Origin: Candidatus Multivoradales bacterium
Lineage (GTDB): Bacteria > Acidobacteriota > Thermoanaerobaculia > Multivoradales > JAHEKO01
Assembly (NCBI GenBank): GCA_965223855.1
Contig: CBDCXM010000009.1
Coordinates: 3,072,001-3,136,000, forward strand
Direction: 5' to 3'
DNA: 64,000 bases
Shown here: one piece after another, positions 21,391 to 30,758 of the stretch
Numbering within the stretch: position 1 is the first letter of the stretch
Layout of the letters: each line of letters begins with the position of its first letter
The notes under the pieces: generated by a model
What the model was told of the DNA's origin: nothing
The model's input: the letters and a program-made list of their open reading frames with translations, nothing else
Databases searched by the model: none
Program-made: the position numbers and the translations under genes

Positions 21391-22607
21391 TCTTCACCGA
21401 GAACTTTCGCATCGCCCTGCGCGCCCTGTGGGCGAACAAGATGCGTTCGGTGCTCACCACCCTCGGCATCATCATCGGCGTCGCCGGGGTGATCGCGGTG
21501 GTGTCGATCGTCCAGGGGCTGCAGGCGCTGATTACCAATCAGGTCGCCGGCCTCGGCGCCAACTTCATGATCATCCAGCCGCGGCAGCAGGCGTTCTCAG
21601 GGCCGGGCATGGTGCAGAAGCCGGTGCGACTGACCTGGGAGGACGGACAGGCGATCCGCGACACGATCGCCGGCATCGACATGATCACGCCGCAGATGTT
21701 CGGCGCCAGCCAGGCGAAGTACAAGGAGCGGGTGCACAACACCTTCATCATCGGCGTCAATCAGGACTGGCCGGAGGTGCACGACTTCTCGGTCGACAGC
21801 GGCCGGTTCTTCAACAAGATCGACCTCGACACACGGCAGAAGGTCGCGGTGCTGGGGCTCGACGTGATCGACGAGCTGAGGCTCGACGACCCGGTCGGCA
21901 AGGAGATCACCCTCGGCACCCTGCCGGTGACGATCGTCGGCGTGATGGAGGAGAAGGGGCAGTCGCTCGGCCAGAACCTCGACGACCTGGTGTTCGTGCC
22001 GTTCGACACCGCCCTCGGCGTCTTCGGCCGCCGCGCGGCCGAGCAGGTGCAGCTGCGCCTGCGCACCACCTCGACCGACAACGTCGATCAGGTGCGCGAG
22101 GAGATCCGGCAGCTGCTGCGCAATCGCCACAAGATCGTCGGCGACGACCCGGACGACTTCCAGATCGTCGTCCAGGACGAGATCCTGGAGCAGACCAACG
22201 CCCTGCTGGGCGGCGTCACCGCGGTCGTCGGCGGCGTCGTCTCGATCGCACTGATCGTCGGCGGCATCGGCATCATGAACATCATGCTCGTGTCCGTGAC
22301 GGAGAGGACGCGCGAGATCGGCATCCGCAAGTCGGTCGGCGCGCGGCGCCAGGACATCCTGCTGCAGTTCCTGATCGAGGCGGTGACGCTGTCGCTGCTG
22401 GGAGGGGCGATCGGTCTTCTGCTCGGTTTCGGCATTGGAAGAGGCGCTACCGCGCTCATCCCCGGGGATCTGCCGCCGGCCGTCGTCCCGTTGTGGGCGA
22501 TCCTGCTTTCGTTCGGCTTCTCGACCGCGGTCGGGGTGGTGTTCGGCATCTACCCGGCGAGCAAGGCGGCGCGGCTCGATCCGATCGAAGCGCTGCGCTA
22601 CGAGTAG
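21387..22607 (+). CDS. ABC transporter permease (MacB/YknZ type)
   Basis: [43 protein letters not shown]. Confidence 0.95.
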   Translation: MIFTENFRIALRALWANKMRSVLTTLGIIIGVAGVIAVVSIVQGLQALITNQVAGLGANFMIIQPRQQAFSGPGMVQKPVRLTWEDGQAIRDTIAGIDMITPQMFGASQAKYKERVHNTFIIGVNQDWPEVHDFSVDSGRFFNKIDLDTRQKVAVLGLDVIDELRLDDPVGKEITLGTLPVTIVGVMEEKGQSLGQNLDDLVFVPFDTALGVFGRRAAEQVQLRLRTTSTDNVDQVREEIRQLLRNRHKIVGDDPDDFQIVVQDEILEQTNALLGGVTAVVGGVVSIALIVGGIGIMNIMLVSVTERTREIGIRKSVGARRQDILLQFLIEAVTLSLLGGAIGLLLGFGIGRGATALIPGDLPPAVVPLWAILLSFGFSTAVGVVFGIYPASKAARLDPIEALRYE

Positions 22608-22624
22608 CCCGGCAGCGGCGCCAC

Positions 22625-23815
22625 TCAGCCGAAGTCGCGCAGCATCCGCCTGGCGAGGGCGATCTTGTGGACCTCGTCCGGGCCGTCGTAGATCCGCGCC
22701 GCACGCTCTTCGCGAAAGAACCAGGCGATCGGCGTGTCGTCCGACATGCCGAGCGAACCGTGGACCTGGAGGGCACGGTCGAGCACCCGGCCGAGCATCG
22801 CGGCGACGTGGAACTTGATCGCCGAGATCTCGCCCCGCGCCGCCCGCCAACCGTCGCGCTCGATCCGCCAGGCGGTGGCGAGGGTCATCCAGCGCGACGC
22901 CAGCCGGTCCGCCTCGCACTCGGCGATCCAGGCGCGGACGATGTCCCTGTCGCCCAGCACCTCGCCCTCGGCGATCCGCCGTGTCGCCGCCCGCTCGCAC
23001 ATCAGATCGAGCACCCGGCGGGCGATGCCGAGCCAGCGCATGCAGTGGTGGATCCGTCCCGGTCCGAGGCGATCCTGGGCCAGCTGGAAGCCGGCACTCT
23101 CTTCGCCGATGCGGTGGTTGAGCGGCACCCGGCACTGCCGGTAGCGGATCTCGGAGTGACTCGCCCAGCCGTCGCCGGCGTGCCCCATCACCGGGATGTT
23201 GCGCACGATCTCGAAGCCCGGCGTGCCGGTCGGCACGATCAGCATCGAGGCACGCCGGTGAGGGGCCGCGTCGGGATCGGTGACCGCCATCACCACCGCG
23301 AACGCGGCGCCGTCGGCAGCGGTGGTGTACCACTTCTCGCCGTTGATGACGTAGCCGTTACCGTCACGCTCGGCCGTCGTCGCAAGATCGACCGGGTTCG
23401 AGCCCGGCCGCTCGCGCTCTGTCATCGAGAAGCAGCTCCGCAGTTCGCCGGCGGCCAGCGGTCGCAGCCAGCGCTCCTTCTGCTCGCCGCTGCCGTGCTC
23501 CCACAGCAGCTCGAGGTTGCCGGCGTCGGGCGCCTGAGCGCCGACCGCGTAGTGGCCGAGCGGACTCGCGCCGACGACCTCGGAAACGAGCGCGTAGTCG
23601 ACCAGCCCGAGCCCCAGGCCGCCCAGTTCCTCGGGGATCTGCGGCCCCCAGAGGCCGAGCGACCGCGCCGCGGCGCGCGCCTCCTCGAGGGCAGACTCGG
23701 CGGCGGTGAAGGAGCGCCCGAGGGTGGTCGCTTCGAGCGGCAGCACGTGCCGCTCCAGGAACTCGCCGTAGCGGGTCAGCAGATCCTCGGTGGTCGCTGA
23801 GAGGCCGAAGTCCAT
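22625..23815 (-). CDS. Acyl-CoA dehydrogenase (ACAD10/11-like)
   Basis: APDAGNLELL, CFSMTE, INGEKW, AQDRLGPGRIHHCMR, RIYDGPDEVH. Confidence 0.93.
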   Translation of the reverse strand: MDFGLSATTEDLLTRYGEFLERHVLPLEATTLGRSFTAAESALEEARAAARSLGLWGPQIPEELGGLGLGLVDYALVSEVVGASPLGHYAVGAQAPDAGNLELLWEHGSGEQKERWLRPLAAGELRSCFSMTERERPGSNPVDLATTAERDGNGYVINGEKWYTTAADGAAFAVVMAVTDPDAAPHRRASMLIVPTGTPGFEIVRNIPVMGHAGDGWASHSEIRYRQCRVPLNHRIGEESAGFQLAQDRLGPGRIHHCMRWLGIARRVLDLMCERAATRRIAEGEVLGDRDIVRAWIAECEADRLASRWMTLATAWRIERDGWRAARGEISAIKFHVAAMLGRVLDRALQVHGSLGMSDDTPIAWFFREERAARIYDGPDEVHKIALARRMLRDFG

Positions 23816-23881
23816 CAGCGGGATCTTACGGCAGAGCTCGTCGGGGCGAGACGCTCGGGTCCGCGCCTGTATGCTCGCCTC

Positions 23882-24964
23882 ATGTCCTCTGTCGATCGTC
23901 CGACCGCGCCAAGGGCCGGTGAAGCTCTCGACGCAGAGGCACTCGGCGCCTACCTCGAGGCGACGCTGGGCGGAGCCTCGGAGCCACCCGTCGTGCGTCA
24001 GTTCCCCTCGGGTTTCTCCAACCTCACCTATGCGGTGCGATGGGGCGAGCACGACCTGGTTCTGCGACGGCCGCCGGTCGGATCGAAGGTCGCCTCCGCT
24101 CACGACATGGCGCGCGAGTACCGCATCCTCTCGGCGCTCGCCCCCGTCTACCCGAAGGCGCCGCGACCGATCGCACTGTGCGACGACCCGGCGGTCCTGG
24201 GCGCCACCTTCTACCTGATGGAGCGGCGCCGCGGAGTGATCCTGCGCGGTGCGATGACCGGCACGGGTACTCCGGCCCCGGAGTCCATGCAGGCGGCCGC
24301 ACGCGGCTGGCTCGACACTCTCGTCGACCTCCACGCCCTCGACCCCGAGGCCCTCGGCCTCGCCGACCTCGACCGCGGCGACGGCTACGTTGAGCGCCAG
24401 ATCGGCGGGTGGACGCGGCGCTGGGAGGGATCGCGGCTCGACGGGCAGGACGAACCACGGGTCGACGAGGTCGCAGCCTGGCTCGGCGCCAACCTGCCGC
24501 CGGAAGCGGCCCATCGCCTGGTGCACAACGACTTCAAGTACGACAACGTCGTCTACGACCCCGAAGATCCGGGGCGGGTGACCGCCGTGCTCGACTGGGA
24601 GATGGCGACGATCGGTGACCCGTGGATGGATCTCGGCACCTCGCTCGGCTACTGGGTCGATCCGGACGACGATCCCGCGTTGCTGGCGCTGGCGCTCAGC
24701 CCGACCGCGCTGCCGGGCAACCCGAGCCGACTCGAAATCGCGCGCAGCTACGAGGAGGCGAGGGGAGAGGAGTGCCCGGCGCTCGTCTTCCACTTTGTCT
24801 ACGGCCTCTTCAAGATCGCCGTCATCGTGCAGCAGATCTTCTTCCGCTATCGTCGCGGCCTGACCCGCGACCCGCGGTTCGCGAAGCTCGACCTGGCGGT
24901 CGCCGCACTCGGCCGCACCGCCGGCCACGCGATCGACCGCGGCCGCATCGATCGACTCCACTGA
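23882..24964 (+). CDS. APH-fold phosphotransferase (ACAD10/11 kinase-like)
   Basis: QFPSGFSNLTY, VLRRPP, AHDMAREY, HNDFKYDN, LDWEM. Confidence 0.92.
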   Translation: MSSVDRPTAPRAGEALDAEALGAYLEATLGGASEPPVVRQFPSGFSNLTYAVRWGEHDLVLRRPPVGSKVASAHDMAREYRILSALAPVYPKAPRPIALCDDPAVLGATFYLMERRRGVILRGAMTGTGTPAPESMQAAARGWLDTLVDLHALDPEALGLADLDRGDGYVERQIGGWTRRWEGSRLDGQDEPRVDEVAAWLGANLPPEAAHRLVHNDFKYDNVVYDPEDPGRVTAVLDWEMATIGDPWMDLGTSLGYWVDPDDDPALLALALSPTALPGNPSRLEIARSYEEARGEECPALVFHFVYGLFKIAVIVQQIFFRYRRGLTRDPRFAKLDLAVAALGRTAGHAIDRGRIDRLH

Positions 24965-25008
24965 AGCGCCCACTGATGGAAGCTGAGAGCGAGGAAGGCC
25001 GGACCACC

Positions 25009-25497
25009 ATGCAGACCGTCACCATCGAAGAGCTCCGCGCCCTCGTCGGAGCCGAGGCCGAGCTCGGACCGTGGCTCGAGATCGATCAGGCTCGGGTCGA
25101 TCGCTTCGCCGACGCGACCGACGACCACCAGTTCATCCACGTCGATCCGGAGAAGGCGGCGGCGACCCCGTTCGGCGGCACGATCGCCCACGGGTTTCTC
25201 ACCCTCTCACTGGTGCCGCACCTCGTCGCCCCGATCACCCGGGTGCCGGAGCGGCTCGAGATGGGAATCAACTACGGCCTCGAGAAGGTGCGCTTCGTCC
25301 AGCCGGTGCCGGTCGGCAGCCGCATCCGCGCGGCGGCGAAGCTGCTCGACGTCTCCGCAAAGGGCCCGGGGCGGATCCTCGTCCGCAGCGAAGTCGAGGT
25401 CGAGATCGACGGCGAGCGCCGGCCGGCGATGATCGCCGAGGCACTCACCCTCTTCATCGTCCGCCCTCAGCAAGGCGACACGGAGGCAACCTCATGA
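25009..25497 (+). CDS. MaoC family (R)-enoyl-CoA hydratase
   Basis: FADATDDHQFIHVDP, TIAHGFLTLSL, NYGLEKVRF. Confidence 0.93.
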   Translation: MQTVTIEELRALVGAEAELGPWLEIDQARVDRFADATDDHQFIHVDPEKAAATPFGGTIAHGFLTLSLVPHLVAPITRVPERLEMGINYGLEKVRFVQPVPVGSRIRAAAKLLDVSAKGPGRILVRSEVEVEIDGERRPAMIAEALTLFIVRPQQGDTEATS

Positions 25498-26414
25498 CCC
25501 TCGATCTTTCCGGACAGGTCGCGATCGTCACCGGCGCCGGCCACGGGCTCGGGCGCTCGCACGCCCTCGGGCTGGCGGCACACGGTGCGCGGGTGGTCGT
25601 CAACGACTTCGGCGGTGCGCGCGACGGCACAGGCGGCTCGTCAGCGGCTGCCGAGCGGGTCGCCGCGGAGATCGAGCAGGCCGGCGGACAGGCGCTCGCC
25701 AACGACGCCGACGTCACCGAACTCGCCGAGGTCGAGGCGATGGCGGCAGCGGCGCTCGAGTGCTGGGGCCGGATCGACATCCTCGTCAACAACGCCGGCA
25801 TCCTGCGCGACAAGACGTTCGCCAAGGTGACGATGGAAGACTTCTGGAAGGTGGTCGACGTCCACTTCCGCGGCAGCGTCCATTGCACCCGCGCCGTCTG
25901 GGCGTCGATGTGCGAGGCGGGCTACGGCCGGGTCGTGATGACGACATCCTCGACCGGGCTGTTCGGCAACTTCGGTCAGGCCTCCTACGGCGCCGCGAAG
26001 ATGGCGGTCGTCGGCTTGATGAACACGCTGGCGCTCGAAGGGGCGAAGTACGACGTCAGGATCAACACCCTGGCTCCGTGCGCCGCCACCCGCATGACCG
26101 AGGACCTGCTGCCACAGCCGGTGCTCGATCTCATCGCCCCCGAAAAAGTCACCGCCGGCCTGCTCCACCTGGTCGGCCCCGATGCGCCGACCCGGACCAT
26201 CCTCTCTGCCGGGGCCGGCGTCTTCAGCCGGGTCCAGATCCGCGAGTCGCCGGGTGTCTTCCTGGCGGGCGACGACTGCTCGGCCGAAGGGGTCGCCGAG
26301 CACTGGGAGGCGATTGCCGGCGGCGAGCCGGTGGAGGAGCCGGCCAACGGCCCCGCGGAGACCCGTCTGCTGCTCGAAACCGCAGCGCGGCAGCTCGGCA
26401 TCGACTTCGGCTAG
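25494..26414 (+). CDS. SDR family 3-hydroxyacyl-CoA dehydrogenase-like
   Basis: TGAGHGLG, VVVNDFGG, NNAGILRD, YGAAK. Confidence 0.93.
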   Translation: MTLDLSGQVAIVTGAGHGLGRSHALGLAAHGARVVVNDFGGARDGTGGSSAAAERVAAEIEQAGGQALANDADVTELAEVEAMAAAALECWGRIDILVNNAGILRDKTFAKVTMEDFWKVVDVHFRGSVHCTRAVWASMCEAGYGRVVMTTSSTGLFGNFGQASYGAAKMAVVGLMNTLALEGAKYDVRINTLAPCAATRMTEDLLPQPVLDLIAPEKVTAGLLHLVGPDAPTRTILSAGAGVFSRVQIRESPGVFLAGDDCSAEGVAEHWEAIAGGEPVEEPANGPAETRLLLETAARQLGIDFG

Positions 26415-26447
26415 GGCCGTTCCCGCGCCCGGCTCGTCGGCACCCGG

Positions 26448-27235
26448 TCAGTCGCGCCGCGGTCCGAGAAGGTCCCACCGATTGCCGGCCAGGTCGACAA
26501 ACACGGCCACCTTGCCGTAGGGCTCGTCACGCGGCGGACGGACGATCTCGACGCCGGCCGCCTCGAGCCTCGCGAACGCGCGGTCGAAGTCGTCCGTCCG
26601 CAGGAAGAGTCCCACGCGTCCGGCAAACTGCGCCCCGACCGCCAGCTCCTGCGTGTCACCGTCGGCCTTGGCCAGCAGCAGTCCGGTGCCGCCATCCGGC
26701 GGCGTCACGACCACCCAGCGCTTCGGCCGTCCGTCCGTGGTCAGAGAAGGGGAGTCCTCCGCAAGGTCGAAGCCGAGCACGTCGGTGAAGAAGCGGATCG
26801 CCTCGTCGTAGTCCTCGACGATCAGAGTCACCAGTTCCAGCCGAGACCCTCCGCGTGCGGGCGAAATCGTTCCGGGAACCTCCTCGACGACCGAGGAACC
26901 CGAGCCCTCCCGCCCACCGGTCCAGTGCCACTCCTCGTGGAGCCGCAGCCGTCCGTCGGCCAGCACCTCGGGGGTCGAGCGACAACGACCGGTGCACAGC
27001 TCACCGTCGACGCCTACGTGCTGGTAGCGCATGTCGAGCCGCCCCTCGCCGTCGGCGACGGCCATCAGCTCGAGCCGCCCTGTTCGGCGGCCATCACTCC
27101 GCCGCCCGAGTAACTCGCCTGGACGACCTCGCCCTGCTGGCGGTAGTCGAAGGTCGTCTCCGCCGATACGTCGCCGCCGGGACTGTTCGAGACGCTGCGA
27201 AAGCGCCTGCCGTCGTAGTCGATCTTCGTCGCCAT
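26448..27235 (-). pseudogene. Small beta-rich domain fused to a VOC/glyoxalase domain, frameshifted near 27070-27095
   Basis: ATG 27235 gives MATKIDYDGRRFRSVSNSPGGDVSAETTFDYRQQGEVVQASYSGGGV then a stop. The domain continues in another frame (LMAVADGEGRLDMRYQH...RLHEEWHW) and runs into a VOC domain (VEDYDEAIRFFTDVLGF...PYGKVAVFVDLAGNRWDL). Confidence 0.7.
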
Positions 27236-27289
27236 GCCGCCAGCATCTCATCCGAAGCGTTGCCGAGCTGCCGCGCGAACGCCGCACGA

Positions 27290-27311
27290 TTGTCGAAGGA
27301 TCGTCACACGA
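27290..27311 (+). promoter_or_regulatory. Possible degenerate Pho box
   Basis: 11-nt spaced direct repeats TTGTCGA/TCGTCAC upstream of pstS. Confidence 0.3.
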
Positions 27312-27446
27312 GCCCGCCACGATGTGCACGACCCGAAGGAGCAGCGCGCGTCCTGCGCCTGCCCAACCACGTGGAATCTTGTCTTCACCGAGCCCTGGCT
27401 CGATCCGATCGAAGCCCGGGGCAACGAAAGCTGGAGGAGTAACGAC

Positions 27447-28556
27447 ATGAAGAACAGCTACACCTTCCGGGCGTTGATCGTCCTCGCCGCCGTGGCGATC
27501 GCGGGCGTCGGCTGCTCGAGCCCGTCGCAGGAACCGGCGGCCGAATCGAGCGCCGCGAGTTCGACCGGCACCGTCAGCGGCGGCGGTCGCGACCAGATCC
27601 GCATCGTCGGATCCTCGACCGTCTACCCGTTCGCCACCAAGGTCGCCGAGAGCTTCGGCCGCAAGACCGAGTTCAAGACCCCCGTCATCGAGTCGACCGG
27701 CTCAGGCGGCGGCATCAAGCTCTTCTGCGCCGGCATCGGCGTCGACCACCCCGACATCACCAACGCCTCGCGGGCGATCAAAAGCTCCGAGGTCGAGATG
27801 TGCGCCGCCAACGGCGTTGAGCAAGTCACCGAGGTCAAGATCGGCTACGACGGCATCGTACTCGCGAACGCCCGCTCGACCGACGTCCTCACCATCACCC
27901 TGCAGCAGCTCTGGCTGGCTCTCGCCAAGGACGTTCCCGGCGACGCCGAGGGCGAGCTCAAGCCCAACCCCTACCAGCGGTGGAGCGAGATCGACCCGTC
28001 GCTGCCGGATGCCCGCATCGAGGTGCTCGGCCCGCCGCCGACCTCCGGCACCCGCGACGCCTTCGCCGAGCTGGCGCTCGAGGGCGGCTGCAAGAGCTTC
28101 GACTGGATCAAGGCCGTCAAGGACGAGGACGGCGACCGCTACAAGGCTATCTGCCACTCGATCCGCGAGGACGGCGCCTACGTCGAGGCCGGTGAGAACG
28201 ACAACCTCATCGTCCAGAAGCTCGAAGCCAACCCGGCCGCCTTCGGTGTCTTCGGCTTCAGCTTCCTCGACCAGAACTCCGACAAGGTCCAGGGCTCCGT
28301 CGTCAACGGCGTCGAGCCGACCTTCGACACCATCGCCGCCGGCGACTACCCGGTGTCGCGCCCGCTCTTCTTCTACGTCAAGGGTGCGCATGCCGACGTC
28401 ATCCCCGGCATCCGTGAGTACCTCGCCGAGTTCACCAGTGATGCGGCCTGGGGGGACGACGGCTACCTCGGCGACGCCGGCCTGATCCCCCTTCCCGTCG
28501 AGGAGCGCGCCGCCGTCGGCGAAGCCGCGCGGTCGCTCGCCAGCAACGTAGGCTGA
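27447..28556 (+). CDS. pstS: Phosphate ABC transporter substrate-binding lipoprotein
   Basis: Lipobox VGC, GSSTVYP, ESTGSGGG, GPPPTSGTRDAF, YPVSRPLFFY. Confidence 0.92.
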   Translation: MKNSYTFRALIVLAAVAIAGVGCSSPSQEPAAESSAASSTGTVSGGGRDQIRIVGSSTVYPFATKVAESFGRKTEFKTPVIESTGSGGGIKLFCAGIGVDHPDITNASRAIKSSEVEMCAANGVEQVTEVKIGYDGIVLANARSTDVLTITLQQLWLALAKDVPGDAEGELKPNPYQRWSEIDPSLPDARIEVLGPPPTSGTRDAFAELALEGGCKSFDWIKAVKDEDGDRYKAICHSIREDGAYVEAGENDNLIVQKLEANPAAFGVFGFSFLDQNSDKVQGSVVNGVEPTFDTIAAGDYPVSRPLFFYVKGAHADVIPGIREYLAEFTSDAAWGDDGYLGDAGLIPLPVEERAAVGEAARSLASNVG

Positions 28557-28604
28557 ACGCGACGACCTCCGTCCCTCCCCGGAGAGAGGTCTCGCAGTCC
28601 CAAC

Positions 28605-28638
28605 CGAGGCCCCGCCGCCAACGCGGCGGGGTCGTTTT
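28605..28638 (+). terminator. Rho-independent terminator after pstS
   Basis: CCCCGCCGC-CAAC-GCGGCGGGG stem followed by TCGTTTT. Confidence 0.75.
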
Positions 28639-28671
28639 GCGTCTGCGCATGGAAGTCCCTACCGGCCCCGA

Positions 28672-28700
28672 TTGACAGCCCGCCGGGCGCTGCCTACGAT
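28672..28700 (+). promoter_or_regulatory. Sigma70 promoter of tRNA-Leu
   Basis: TTGACA-N17-TACGAT, 16 nt before the tRNA. Confidence 0.85.
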
Positions 28701-28716
28701 GCACGACGCCCACCAG

Positions 28717-28803
28717 GCCGGAGTGGCGGAATTGGCAGACGCGACGGGCTCAAAATCCGTTTCCCATTAGGGAGTGGGGGTTCGAGTCCCCCCTCCGGCA
28801 CCA
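28717..28803 (+). tRNA. tRNA-Leu (CAA)
   Basis: GCCGGAG acceptor stem, D-loop GGCGGAATTGGCAGACGC, anticodon loop CTCAAAA, long variable arm, GGTTCGAGTCC T-loop, encoded CCA. Confidence 0.96.
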
Positions 28804-28883
28804 GGTGGCGTCGCCACCTGGTGGTGGAGGGGGGACTCTGACGGCGGTCCGCGTCTCGCGACGCGAACCGGCGGCGAGTCCCC
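28784..28883. repeat. tRNA-derived inverted repeat and nested hairpins in the tRNA trailer
   Basis: 28812-28838 is the reverse complement of 28784-28810 (25/27). A second hairpin GGGGACTC...GAGTCCCC spans 28831-28883. Confidence 0.8.
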
Positions 28884-28934
28884 TTGCGCGGGCATACGGT
28901 CTAGAGTAGGGCTTAGATCCGGCGTCATCGCCCC

Positions 28935-29705
28935 ATGCCCGACGACCGTCAACCAACCGAGAACGAGACACCCTACCTCCGATACTTCGGCTTTGTTGGT
29001 GCCGCAGTGCTCGTGGTGGCGGTAGGGTGGGGTACGGCTCCGTGGTGGGCGCCCAGTACGCTTGAGGGCCGCGGGCAGTTTGGCGACTGGTTCGGAGCCG
29101 TCAACGCTCTATTCTCAGGGCTGGCGTTGGCCGGGGTGATCGTCGCGCTCGTGATGCAACGCAAGGAACTCGGCTACCAAAGGAAGGAGCTGAGTCTCAC
29201 TCGCGCGGAGATGGAACTCAGTCGCGGAGAGCTAAGGAGGCAAGCCGAGTCGTCGGAACGCCGCCTTCAGTTCGAGAGCAATCTGGCTATCGCTAACGTC
29301 CAACCGTACTTCCAGCTACGGCTCTGGCAGAGAAGCGACCTGCTCCTGCGCCTCCGACTAAGCAACCACGGAGAGAAGGTCTTCAATCTAGAGGTCAGAG
29401 TCCTAGACGGGCACGCCAAGGCCCGCGACTTGCGCGCGCCAGTGGTGACAAAGGACGAGGTAGTTCTCGAGCTGGAGTGGCCCAGTGACGTTGGTTTCGG
29501 ACCAACCACACTTGGCTTGGTCTACACCGACCTCCTAGGCAAGGAGAAATTCCAGTTGCTTCGGATCGAGAACCCCGTAGGCCACGAGCCCTGGAGGCGC
29601 TTGGACCCCGAATCTGACGAGGAACTCACAGAGGCAGCCCTGGCTCGCAAGCTCGACTGGGCTAGGCGGGCAAGCCTCTTTCCGCCACCTAGCATCGAGC
29701 GCTAG
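28935..29705 (+). CDS. Horizontally acquired membrane protein with GxFGDxFG..NxLFSGL motif (putative abortive-infection-like N-terminus)
   Basis: GQFGDWFGAVNALFSGLALAGVIVALVMQRKEL followed by a coiled coil; many A/T-ending codons (CTA, CTT, CAA, GTA), unlike its neighbours. Confidence 0.65.
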   Translation: MPDDRQPTENETPYLRYFGFVGAAVLVVAVGWGTAPWWAPSTLEGRGQFGDWFGAVNALFSGLALAGVIVALVMQRKELGYQRKELSLTRAEMELSRGELRRQAESSERRLQFESNLAIANVQPYFQLRLWQRSDLLLRLRLSNHGEKVFNLEVRVLDGHAKARDLRAPVVTKDEVVLELEWPSDVGFGPTTLGLVYTDLLGKEKFQLLRIENPVGHEPWRRLDPESDEELTEAALARKLDWARRASLFPPPSIER

Positions 29706-29730
29706 GTCTCCGTGCTGGACTAGGGCTCTG

Positions 29731-29757
29731 TTCCCGCTGGAGTGGGGATTCGAGTCC
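29731..29757 (+). repeat. Degenerate copy of the tRNA-Leu 3' part (attR-like)
   Basis: GGAGTGGGGATTCGAGTCC (29739-29757) vs tRNA GGAGTGGGGGTTCGAGTCC (28771-28789), 18/19; both preceded by TTCCC. Confidence 0.65.
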
Positions 29758-29911
29758 ACGCCCGCGACAGGCAAGGGACTCAACTAGCTTGTCCGCACAG
29801 TGCTCTCAAGGTAGGAAGTCAGTATCCGAGAGCAGGAAGGGGCAAATTAGGCGTAAACCGTCCTCATAGAAGGCCAAAGCCGCCAAAGTGGCGCAGTTAG
29901 GGTACTAAATC

Positions 29912-29940
29912 TTGACAATCGGCCGCAATTCTGCTACCTT
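29912..29940 (+). promoter_or_regulatory. Sigma70 promoter of carD
   Basis: TTGACA-N17-TACCTT with an extended TG. Confidence 0.7.
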
Positions 29941-30076
29941 CCGCTAGCTAAGTACTGGGTTCTAAAGCGGTTTCCGCTCTTCAGCCGCCCCCGCCGGAAC
30001 CCTGCCGCCATCCCGCCCAGCCTGCCAGAGAGCCGCAAAGCGAGCTGTCAGAGAGCCTTCAGAGAGGAAGTTGCCT

Positions 30077-30598
30077 GTGCCCTTCAAGATCGGTCAGAAA
30101 GTCGTGTACCCGAACCACGGGGTTTCCCTCATCGAGAAGATCGAGGCCGCCACGTTCGACGACGTGGAGCAGACCTTCTACCACCTGCGGCTGTTCTCCA
30201 ACGAGTCGAAGGTGATGATCCCGAAGGAGAATCTCGATCTGGTCGGCCTGCGGCCGCTCAATGCGCAGAAGGAGATCAACAAGCTCTTCCGGGTGCTGCG
30301 CAACGACACGTTCGAGACCTACAAGGACTGGAAGGGTCGCTACAAGCAGAACCTCGACAAGATGAAGACCGGGGAACTGGGCGAGGTCGCCAAGGTGCTC
30401 AAGAACCTCGAGCTGGTGAGCTCCAAGAAGAGCCTGTCGTTCCGCGAGAAGAAGATGTACGAGCGGGCGAAGTACTTCATCGTCAGCGAGGTGGCGCACG
30501 TCAAGGACATCGACGAGCCGGACGCCGAGAAGCAGGTCGACAAGGCGCTCGCCACGGGGATGTCGAAGCTGATGGCGGCGAACGCCGAAGAGAACTGA
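30077..30598 (+). CDS. carD: CarD family RNA polymerase-binding regulator
   Basis: FKIGQKVVYPNHG, VGLRPL, WKGRY, LSFREKKM. Confidence 0.93.
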   Translation: MPFKIGQKVVYPNHGVSLIEKIEAATFDDVEQTFYHLRLFSNESKVMIPKENLDLVGLRPLNAQKEINKLFRVLRNDTFETYKDWKGRYKQNLDKMKTGELGEVAKVLKNLELVSSKKSLSFREKKMYERAKYFIVSEVAHVKDIDEPDAEKQVDKALATGMSKLMAANAEEN

Positions 30599-30758
30599 CG
30601 GCTGCGCCGCGATAGCGGCAACAGAGTTCCAGTTCCCAACGGTTGCGGCCTGAGCTCTCTCCAGGCAACGCGGGGAGAGCAGGCGCCGACGGTATCCGTG
30701 CGCTCGCTCCTCCGACATCCATCGGCCTGGGTCGCTGCGGAGTAGGATCTCGACTCTC

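Noticed and set aside
29711-29770. Second tRNA gene
   Set aside because: Only the T-arm region resembles tRNA; no D-arm, acceptor stem or CCA. Treated as an att remnant.
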